From the NCBI RefSeq assembly GCF_964355755.1, contig NC_092678.1:21159365-21223364 (forward strand): a stretch of DNA of 64,000 nucleotides, written 5' to 3'. A program made the position numbers and the translations under genes. Under the pieces are notes generated by a model. It was given only the letters and a program-made list of their open reading frames with translations. It made no database searches and was not told where the DNA came from. Of the stretch, positions 53,926 through 64,000 are shown piece by piece. Origin of the DNA: Antedon mediterranea (Eukaryota > Animalia > Echinodermata). How positions within the stretch are numbered: position 1 is the first letter of the stretch; each line of letters opens with the position of its first letter.

Positions 53926-55150
53926 CAATATTTAGCTATAATTATAAATATAAAACAAATTGAAACTAGAACAACTTTTAAAAGTCTCATGTTGCATATT
54001 GCACATTTATTTACTTTAATTCATTCAGGAAACCATTCAATAAATTATTCATAAAAATTACTCGTTCTTGATTCACTTCCTGTTCCAAATAATTGACCTC
54101 ATTTGCATATTTGCCTTTCTTTATAAGAAATGCAATGCGAATGATGAAATAAACTGTATACATTATTTACTTAAAAGATTTTTTTGAAATATTTAAAAAA
54201 AGAAAAAAAAAATTTATATACACTATTTAAATTTTTAAGTATTTTGCATTTATGAAAATTAGTTATAGTTTAAAAGAATTTATAGAATTATAATAACTTT
54301 ATGTATACCAAAAAATTATAAGATAAAAAATCCTTAGAATGTCTGCCATTCTTACATATACAGTGGTATAATTTGCCTATTCAAATTTATAAGCAAATTA
54401 GTGACTTTTCGTTAAAAATTTGTATACAGTATATAATCAATATATAAATGTTACACTGTTTGTAACTCAATATATACAGTATGTTAGTTTTATATGTATA
54501 TAGTATATTCAATATACTATTTTATGTATTATTAAATTGTGTCAAAAATATATACAATATACATTTATTGTTTTTATATAATTATGTATATTAAATATAC
54601 TATACAGCAATTACATATTTTATTTTTTAAATTGTCAACAATTATATAGTTTACATTTTTGTTATATTAGTGTATATTCAATATACTGCATAGTAATTAT
54701 ATATTATATATATATATATATATAAATACATTTAATCATGTGATGTTTTTCAACCAACCATTTAGGGTATGGTTTTTTTTACATAATATAGTGGATAGTC
54801 AATATAATGCACAGCAATTTTGATATTGTGTGTAAAGTTTTTCCAGGCATACCTTAATATAGAAATTACAATATCAGAATTCTTTAGCTTTTTCAATTAT
54901 ACAGTTACACATTCCTCGCCATACAGTAGTTAACTTAAACAGGAAAGATTCCACAAATAAGGGTCAAGCTTTTTATTTGTGACGACCTACAGATTGATGT
55001 CGGTTGTCACCTAAAACTAGACATCAGGACTGTGTCGAAGAGATAGGAAGCGCGTCCTGACCTTTCCTGCATGGTGAATTAACATGACCTAAGTAGTTCC
55101 TAAGTTGGTCAAATCGAAAGCTCCATATTATCTGAGTTTAAAAGGATTTA

Positions 55151-57102
55151 TTATTCCAAGTCTGACTGTATCTGCAGCAGCCTCTTCTTTGGTTTGGGTT
55201 TGATAGCTTTCTGAGGTGCGGGAGGTGCAGCACTCGGGTTTAAGTACATCATGGACGGTATCTGTGGGTTCATATCCAACAACATAACGCTATCATTACT
55301 ATGTGAATAGTAAATGGTTTCAGGCCTGACTGGTTCACGAGCTGGCTTAGCAGCTCCTCTGCCTTTCTTTTGTAGCCCTTTCTTCAGGTTGTCGGTTCTT
55401 TGTTGCATGGTCTCTACAGGCTTGTTCTTCTTATGATTGTATCTATAATAACCCGCTGATGCTACAATTGCGATCAACAGTCCAAGTCCACCAAGAGATA
55501 CCGTTAAAATTGAGATATTATCTTGCGATTTTGTCTTGTCGGATTTATTGGTGTGAGCTAAAATGCAATTGTCATCACCAAGATCGCTTTCACCACCGGT
55601 GTTATAAGCAACAACACAAATACGATATGTTGCTTCGGTTTCCAACTGATGCAGTGTAAATGATTTGACATCTGGGTCAAGGGGCATGCTCACTTCAATT
55701 GGTTGATCACCTCCCATTTTTCGATATAGTACTTTATATCCTGAAAGATCACCATTTATTTCTCCTTTATGCCATTTTATCTGTATGTAGTTGCTGTGTG
55801 TATTGGATATCTGTACTGCTTTTGGTCGGCCTGGAAGACGTACCTCACAGTATCGTCCACCCCACAACTGTGTACAAGTGCACTTAGCCATGAGAACGAC
55901 TGGCTCAGCAACTGCTACTGGAATAACTGTTTTGCTTGTTACCTTTGGTTTCTGATGGTCACTATCTTCAATGCCATCAGCAGGTATTTCTGTGCATTTA
56001 CCTCCATGGAGACAGGGGCTTGGTGTACAAGGATGTGGATCGTATGCTCCTGGTGTTGTATGAGGAAACCTTGTTGGTTGTAGGTGGGGGACCCTGCTAG
56101 GTAAAACGTTACCTGTGCCTGGGTGTATTATACCTGGATAACCAGGTACTGGAAGTACAGGATTCCCACCATTTCCAGGATTTATACCTGGATAACCAGG
56201 TACACCATTTCCAGGATTTACTGGGTAACCACCATTAGGCCCTATTGGTCTATTTGGACCACCAAATCCTCCTCCTGGTCTGCCAGGTAATCCTACTCCT
56301 GGTGTACCAGCACCAGGTGTTCCAGCTCCTGGTGTTCCAGCTCCAGGTATTCCTACACCAGGTGTCCCTGCACCAGGTATTCCAGCTCCAGGTGTCCCGA
56401 CACCAGGTGTTCCACCACCAGGTGTCCCAAAACCAGGTGTCCCAAAACCAGGTGTCCCAAAATTAGGTGTCCAAAAACCAGGTGTCCCAAAATTAGGTGT
56501 CCAAACACCAGGTGTCCCAGCTCCAGGTGTTCCTGCTCCAGGTGTTCCTGCTCCAGGTACTCCTGCTCCAGGTGTCCCAACTCCAGGTGTCCCTACTCCA
56601 GGAGTTCCACCACCAGGTATCCAACCACCAGCTCCAGGTGTTCCTACACCAGGTGTCCCGGCACCAGGTACTTCAGCTCCTGGTGTCCCGGCCCCAGGTA
56701 TTCCAGCTCCCGGTGTCCCGGCTCCAGGTATTCCAGCTCCTGGTGTCCCGGCCCCAGGTATTCCAGCACCAGGTACCCAGGCTCCAGGTATTCCTACACC
56801 AGGTGTTCCACCACCAGGTGTTCCACCACCAGGTATACCACCACCAGGTGTCCCAGCTCCAGGTATCTCGCCACCAGGTGTCCCAGCTCCAGGTATCCCA
56901 CCACCAGGTGTCCCAGCTCCAGGTGTTCCACCACCAGGTGTCCCAGCTCCAGGAGTACCACCACCAGGTGTCCCAACTCCAGGTGTTCCACCACCAGGTG
57001 TTCCACCACCAGGTGTTCCACCACCAGGTGTTCCAACTCCAGGAGTACCACCACCAGGTGTCCCAGCTCCAGGAGTCCCACCAGTTCCAGTTGTTCCTGC
57101 AC
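55151..57102 (-). CDS. LRR receptor coding exon 2 (pentapeptide repeat, EGF, FN3, TM, tail)
   Basis: tattacAG acceptor on minus; same frame as ORF 55151-55891; no stop seen in the stretches of repeat translated by hand. Confidence 0.85.
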
Positions 57103-59301
57103 CTGTAATAAAACATGCACATTTTATTGATTTAATATTTACTGGTATTAACGAATCATCTGAGAAGGCAACATTTTGACATTAGAACTGATCCTTTACC
57201 TAAATGGGCCTAATACATTTTGTCATCTTATTTTCTACATTATTTTACCTGGTGCAACGACTCCTCCCGTTGGTACAAAATCCACAACTAATATATTGTA
57301 TGTAATCGATGTAATGCCTTTTGAGTTTGTTGCTGTACATGTATATTTCCCAGAATCAGTATAACCCGCATTTTGTATAACAAGTGTTCCATCTGTTAGA
57401 GCTGTAATGTGCTGCATTGCGATAACAAACGCTGTTGTAGGCGTTTTCCCAACAGTGATCTTTCTATTCAATGGAATCGTCCACACCTGTTCTGCTACTA
57501 CATGTTCCTGTAGATCGCATGGTAACTTAGAATGCGTACCGACTTTGATGAATATTTGCGGAGCTTTCGGTTGTGATGTGATTGAAGGAGGAATACAGAC
57601 AAATGGAGTACCGGAAACTGTGTTCATCACAGTCGTTATCGGATTATGAGCATATATTGAGGGCGATCCACAAACGGTTTGCGTTAATGAGAATATCTTA
57701 TTTTTATTGTTATTAATCCAACGAGTAAATGGCAGTATGGTACAGTCACAGTTTATAGGATTGTTCGAGATGTCGAATCTTGCGAGCGACATCAATCCGC
57801 TTAGAGCGCCGTCTTGCACAAAGGTTATACTGTTATGATCAACTTCTAAACTTCTTAAATTCCGAAGGAAGTTAAACATAAATGCTGGAAGGCTTGGAAT
57901 CTTGTTATTGTCCAAACGTAGGTTTATCAGTGTTTCCATGTTTCTGAATGCAAACACAGACAACTCACGGATTTTATTATACTGAAGATGCAGAGTTTCT
58001 ATTGCAATTAGCTGACATTCCGCAAACATGCTTCCATCAACGAATGTAAGTCGGTTATCAGAAAAGTCTATGGAACGGAGTTTGGACAATCCAAAAAGTG
58101 CTCTTTGTTCAACGGTGCTAATTCCACATTTCGGTAATGATAGCTGCTCAAGAAGACGATTATCTTTGAAAATATTATTTGATAAAGTGTTTATGCTGCT
58201 ATCTGTAATTTTTAGTGTTTTTAAATGAGGAAGTCCGTAAAAAGTTGTTGCGTCGATACCCGTAAGGTGACTCAGAGTTATCGTTTCTAGATTTGGAAGA
58301 TTGCTGAAAATGCCTGGGGGTAAAGTTCCGATAGCGGTATTCTTTGAAAGATCAATCGTCCGAAGATTGTTGAGTCCTCGGAACATAGCAGTAGAGTGAG
58401 GAATAGTACGTAGCATATTCTCCTGAAGGTTGATTTCTCGTAATCTTGACATTCCCACAAAAAGTCCGCTTGGCAGTGTTGTCAATTGGTTCCTTTGTAA
58501 ATCGAGACTGCGAATATTTCCAGCCATACGGAAGGTGTTGACATGGAAGTTTGTGATCTGGTTGTCACTCAGCGCAAGATAATCAAGGCTCCGTAAGTTA
58601 CGGAAGAGATTTGCCGGGATCGACTGTATCTTATTCGCATTCAAATAAATATTACTCAATTCTGGATTTCGCAGGAACACTGTCCCTTCAATTTTTGATA
58701 TTTGATTATCATGTAAATTTAAAAACTGCAAACTATCTAATCCGACAAATGGATTGTTTTCAAGTGATGTGATTTGGTTTTGGTATAACTGAAGAACCTG
58801 TAGTGTACGGAGACTACTAACCGCATACGGAATCTCAGTCAATTTGTTACCAGCAAGCGTCAAATCTGTCATATCCTCTTGCCTGCGAAACACCGCATCT
58901 TCCAACGTTTGTATCGAATTCCAACCGAGATTAATCAACTCTAAATTACGGTTATAATCAAACACTCCCTCTTTGATAAATTGAAAATTATTATACGATA
59001 AATCAAGATATTTAAGGTCAAAAACTGAACGAAATGCTTGGCCTATACTACGAATTCTGTTGTTGTTCAAAAGAAGAATGTTGGTTTCAGGAGGTAGGTT
59101 ACGCGGGATGAAGTTGAGTCCTTTATTTGCACAGTCTACTTTTTGGTACACACCTTGACGTAATGGGTACAAGTAATCATTGGTGATGGTACAAATACAT
59201 CTTGCGGGGCAATCTACCCCTCTTGGCCACATAGGTAACGCTCCAACCAAATCAATCAAAATCACTCCTAAGATTACAATGTTTAACGTTTTCATTTTCA
59301 T
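55151..59301 (-). CDS. Type I membrane LRR-Ig-(TPGxG)n-EGF-FN3 protein (vasorin/LRFN-like), ~1334 aa, 2 coding exons
   Basis: Exons 59301-57249 and 57102-55151 join in frame across a GT-AG intron. Signal peptide MKMKTLNIVILGVILIDLVGA, LRRNT CPARCIC, ~19 LRRs, LRRCT NPINCDC, Ig DSGKYTC, Gly-rich repeat, EGF, FN3 (YRICVVAYN), TM ISILTVSLGGLGLLIAIVASAGYY. Confidence 0.88.
56290..57080 (-). repeat. Coding 15-bp repeat encoding ~50 (T/V/I)PGxG pentapeptides
   Basis: ccaggtgtcccagct-type units on +; TPGAG/TPGGG/TPGVG on minus. Confidence 0.9.
57249..59301 (-). CDS. LRR receptor coding exon 1 (signal peptide, LRRs, LRRCT, Ig)
   Basis: ORF 57235-59322; first ATG at 59301; donor GTaaaa after 57249 on minus; upstream acceptor at 59385-59386. 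Confidence 0.9.
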
Positions 59302-59759
59302 TTTTATGCTAACTGCTTTCAAAAGTAACTCTCTTAATATTTCTTGGTATTTTTTTTTCTGAAACTATTTTTTTCTCACCATATCTGTAAGAAAAAGAAA
59401 AAGATATTGATAAGATATGTATTTTATTAATTTTATATCATTTGCAGTCAATTATTGGTACTCAATGTGTCCAGTATTATAGGCAAAGTCTGTGATACAG
59501 ATGAATACAGTATATCATGTGTTTCACATGTGATGCCTGTATCATAGTAATGATAGTGATACCACATACAGATACTGTCATGGAGATACAGCACAGGAAA
59601 TCTGATGCTATTTTAGTGTCTTTCTTTGACCTTTGAACTTTAAATTCAATCAGGTGACAACTGGTATAAGAGGAAGGGTTTAGTTCCTAAAAGGAACCAA
59701 GTAATTTAGCATGATTTCCCGTGATTTAAAAGTTTGTCTTGAGACTGTTTCTTCTACTT

Positions 59760-60700
59760 AATATTACATCATACAGGGTTAATTCAAGACTTTAATTAGT
59801 ATGTTTATAATTGTTTTCAACTTCTCAAATGACCTCGTAAAATGACAACATTTGTATGTTGATAAAATTAAATTCAAAATATGAATGTTTATATATAATA
59901 ACCTTGAAACCACTCCTTTAAAATATTTTTTTATCTTCATTATACAAGGTTAATTCAAAACTTTATTTAATAACTTTGTTATATTTTTTCAACTGTTCAA
60001 ATGGCCTTGTAAAATGACAACATCTGTATGTTGATAACATTAAATTCATAATATGAATGTTTAACCTTGAAACGCCCCTATAAAATATTTTAAATATATC
60101 AGTTTTAATTCATGTTTATCTTCATTATAAAAGGTTAATTCAAAACTTTTATTTAATCAGTTTGTTTAATTTTTGTTCAACTTTTCAAATGACAACATTT
60201 GTTGGTGAAAATAAATTTAAAATGTGGATGTTTATTTTTCAAGATAAACTTGAAACAACCCCTTAAAAATATTTGTTATTATTTCAGTTTTAATTAATGT
60301 TTATCTTCATTATAAAAGGTTAATTCAAAACTTTTATTTAATCAGTTTGTTTAATTTTTTTTCAACTTTTCAAATGACAACATTTGTTGGTGAAAATAAA
60401 TTAAAAATGTGGATGTTTATTTTTCAAGATAAACTTGAAACAACCCCTTAAAAATATTTGTTATTATTTCAGTTTTAATTAATGTTTATCTTCATTATAA
60501 AAGGTTAATTCAAAACTTTTATTTAATCAGTTTGTTTAATTTTTTTTCAACTTTTCAAATGACAACATTTGTTGGTGAAAATAAATTAAAAATGTGGATG
60601 TTTATTTTTCAAGATAAACTTGAAACAACCCCTTAAAAATATTTGTTATTATTTCAGTTCTAATTAATGTTTATCTTCATTATAATCAAGCTTTCATTTT
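59760..60700. repeat. 185-bp tandem repeat (3 near-identical copies plus diverged flanking copies)
   Basis: ttcattataaaaggttaattc at 60121, 60306, 60491. Confidence 0.85.
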
Positions 60701-62340
60701 TAACTTGTGATGTAAGTTTAAATGTTCTATCTTTAGATAGTTTGCTTATGTCAAGTTAATCTAATAACTTCAAAACAAATCCCTTAAAATATTTGTTATT
60801 TGAAATATATAAGTTAATTAATTTTTATCTTTTTTTAAGTTTTAAAACAAGATTATCTTTCCCTTTTAACTTGTAATGTTATATTTTTCATTTAATTGAG
60901 AAGTTGCTTTTGTCAACTAAATATCACAAGTCATTTTATCATATCTAGATAACCTCAAAACAAATCCCATCAAAATGTTAACTATTTGAAAAATATCATT
61001 TTGAATTGATTTTTATCGTTTAATGTTTTAAAACATATCTGTGCTTTTCCTTTCAACTTGTCTGAACTGTTACAATAAATATTTTTTTAAAGTTTGGAAA
61101 TTAGGAACTAACGTTTTAACAAAGAAGAAATATAATTTTATTGACACGTAAAGTTAGAAAATCCGTTTAGATAATGATATAATTGGTTAAAAGGTCATTT
61201 TTTTGTGTGTGGGTGGGGGCCTTAATTGCTACTTTTGAGAAAGACATTTGTATGGTATAATGTATTTAATATTATTTTTATCCACTAAAAAAAAATCATT
61301 TAAAAAACTAATGCAAACTAACTTCCAAAGACAATAAATTGTGAATTTGCGAGTTGACCATGGGAAGTTAATGTCATGTAGTTTTTTCCTAGATTTAATT
61401 TGAATCATTAAAATCAATAAAACATTTTAAAAATTGGCAATTTTAGTAAATAGTGTAAATTAAACATTTGTCTGTCGTTCCGATTGTCTCCCTTGACATA
61501 CAGTGGTGTCATCAGACAATAACATAAGTATCAAATATTTGTTTTTTTGATTCAAATTTTTTTGTTTACTTATATTATAACATTGTTTGTTTTTTTTACA
61601 AACTTTCAGTATTTGAGGTTTTTTTTTTCATTGGGGACCACTAGAGGTGTATGTTTATATGTTTCTAATTGATAAACTAATGCTAACCAAGAAACTAAAA
61701 ATTCCTGTAGTCCACCCCACTTAATATTAATTTTGGACACAAACTACAAATTGAGGATCTAAATATAGCAACCTATCATATCGTCTATAAATAGAACTGA
61801 CCTTCGTTGAAACGTACGATTGGTCGATTGTTGAAAGCAATGAATCATACAAAACTTGTGTGTATTGAAGACATATTATTAAATATCAAACATTCACTCT
61901 TTTGGGATACAACTATTAAGAGAACACTAAAGAAATGATCAAGGGCCTAGTGTATCACCCACTAACGTAACATTTAACAATCAACCACTAATTAACTGGG
62001 TGATTCAGGGCCAGTATATGTTTTAACAGTACAGCTAACCCTTACTCAGGGGACACCCTAATATTTAATATTAAATTTCTTATTTTCTTAAAAACCAAAG
62101 TCATAACTACAAATAGAAAAAAATATTTTTAATTTATTCAGATTTTATTAATCCTTAGGGAAATTGTCAATGATTATCTTTATTATTATTCTTACCAAAT
62201 TATGGTAATAAAAAAAAAAATTATTTTTTTTTTCCAAAATTTTAACTGAATCTTAGTTATATAGAACTCGAAGACATAGATGTTAATAATATATATAATA
62301 AATAAACATATTATACAGTTTTAAATAAATATAAACTTAC

Positions 62341-62470
62341 CTTTCATATATGCAAACCTTAGATTAGTCATCAAGTTAAAACGTTTTAGTGTACACGAGT
62401 CCAAACGTACACGAGTCCACGCTGTTAGTCGTAACAAACACAAGCCTTGAGAGCCACTGTCACAATGACA
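62341..62470 (-). other. Probable 5'-UTR exon of the LRR receptor gene
   Basis: Consensus minus-strand donor AAG|GTAAGT at 62341/62340 pairs with acceptor 59385-59386; 5' boundary approximate. Confidence 0.45.
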
Positions 62471-62889
62471 CACTACACAGCAACAGGCAAACCATGAACA
62501 CACATTCAACCAATCAGAATCGCTCATTTCTGAACACAGCACCATTTAGGTCAGAGTGTAGGTGGATCACATATTCTTATTATCAGGAAGCGCAATATGA
62601 AAGAACTTTTCACCAACATTATCTAAGCATTTTTTAGCACGTTTTTTCAAGTTCAAATAATTGAGTTGGCATCACATGGGGGCTAATAATACATTGCATG
62701 TACATTCACAATTTTAATATTAAAATGTAAACTTTACCCATGATAATAACATAGGAATCATAGGACTCAATATTTCTTTCATATAATATGATAGCAGGTT
62801 TTATAATATATTTATATACACGTAGTATTGTTTTAGAAACCCCTTTTAAGGGGACACTGTCCTCTGAAACAAACAAGAGGCAATTTAGT

Positions 62890-63720
62890 ACAATATATGT
62901 TTTAACACTGCAGTCAACCCCTTTTCAAGGAACACTTTCTTGTGAAACAAATGAAGGGCAATATATGTTTTAACACTGCAGTCAACCCCTTTTCAAGGAA
63001 CACTTTCTTGTGAAACAAATGAAGGGCAATATATGTTTTAACACTGCAGTCAACCCCTTTTCAAGGAACACTTTCTTGTGAAACAAATGAAGGGCAATAT
63101 ATTTTTAACACTGCAGTCAACCCCTTTTCAAGGAACACTTTCTTGTGAAACAAATGAAGGGCAATATATTTTTAACACTGCAGTCAACCCCTTTTCAAGG
63201 AACACTTTCTTGTGAAACAAATGAAGGGCAATATATGTTTTAACACTGCAGTCAACCCCTTTTCAAGGAACACTTTCTTGTGAAACAAATGAAGGGCAAT
63301 ATATGTTTTAACACTGCAGTCAACCCCTTTTCAAGGAACACTTTCTTGTGAAACAAATGAAGGGCAATATATGTTTTAACACTGCAGTCAACCCCTTTTC
63401 AAGGAACACTTTCTTGTGAAACAAATGAAGGGCAATATATTTTTAACACTGCAGTCAACCCCTTTTCAAGGAACACTTTCTTGTGAAACAAATGAAGGGC
63501 AATATATTTTTAACACTGCAGTCAACCCCTTTTCAAGGAACACTTTCTTGTGAAACAAATGAAGGGCAATATATTTTTAACACTGCAGTCAACCCCTTTT
63601 CAAGGAACACTTTCTTGTGAAACAAATGAAGGGCAATATATTTTTAACACTGCAGTCAACCCCTTTTCAAGGAACACTTTCTTGTGAAACAAACGAAGGG
63701 CAATATATGTTTTAACACTG
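62890..63720. repeat. 67-68-bp minisatellite x12
   Basis: cagtcaaccccttttcaaggaacac at 62911, 62979, 63047, 63114 ... 63653. Confidence 0.95.
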
Positions 63721-64000
63721 GACACCCTTTATTCAAAGAACATTTTTCTGTGAAATTCACTTTTTTTTAAACACTACACCCAACCCATATTTAAGGGACA
63801 CTCCTATTTACATTTTTTAACCTTGATTTTGTCCTCTTAAAATAGTTCAGTGGCAACCAGTGTTATATTTAAACTTATACAGAGTAAAATACAGTACTAT
63901 AGTATTAATATTTATATATTCTCCTTTCTTATTGATAATATGATGTTAAGCTCTGTCTACCCTTATCAAACTTTATGCGACAAAAAATGTGATGATGATG

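Noticed and set aside
55151-55180. Idea that the LRR receptor tail binds the neighbouring MAGI PDZ domains
   Set aside because: The tail ends in SDLE, with an acidic terminal residue, which is not a canonical PDZ ligand; linkage alone is not evidence.
56245-57122. Gln/Val/His-rich and Trp-rich ORFs (203, 149, 108 aa)
   Set aside because: Shadow frames of the TPGxG coding repeat of the minus-strand receptor.
62321-62545. 74-aa Cys-rich minus-strand ORF
   Set aside because: No recognisable domain; overlaps the probable 5'-UTR exon and terminates shortly after splicing (uORF at most).

Overview
AT-rich, intron-rich eukaryotic DNA from an invertebrate animal; the taxon cannot be fixed from the sequence. 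Main content: (1) the 3' half of a MAGI-family multi-PDZ scaffold gene on + (exons ~8.9-23.9 kb; the last three PDZ domains plus expanded Arg/Asp/Pro/Tyr-rich linkers), preceded by several candidate alternative ATG-bearing first exons and followed by candidate alternative C-terminal exons. (2) An accessory interval at ~27-34 kb with MITEs and a possible spliced non-coding transcript. (3) Two convergent intron-containing tRNA-Leu(CAA) genes. (4) The 5' part of PUS7 (TruD-family pseudouridine synthase) on +. One PUS7 intron holds an intact same-strand C2H2 zinc-finger ORF whose splice acceptor is in phase with the preceding PUS7 exon, plus an ISL2EU-like transposon relic; another holds an AcademH-like element. 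(5) A ~1334-aa LRR-Ig-(TPGxG)n-EGF-FN3-TM receptor gene on the minus strand, apparently nested in a long PUS7 intron. Also a tRNA-derived Deu/Nin-type SINE, many Harbinger-type MITEs and several minisatellites. Exon boundaries were derived by hand from GT-AG sites and reading-phase continuity, and family names come from recalled motifs; no database searches were run.
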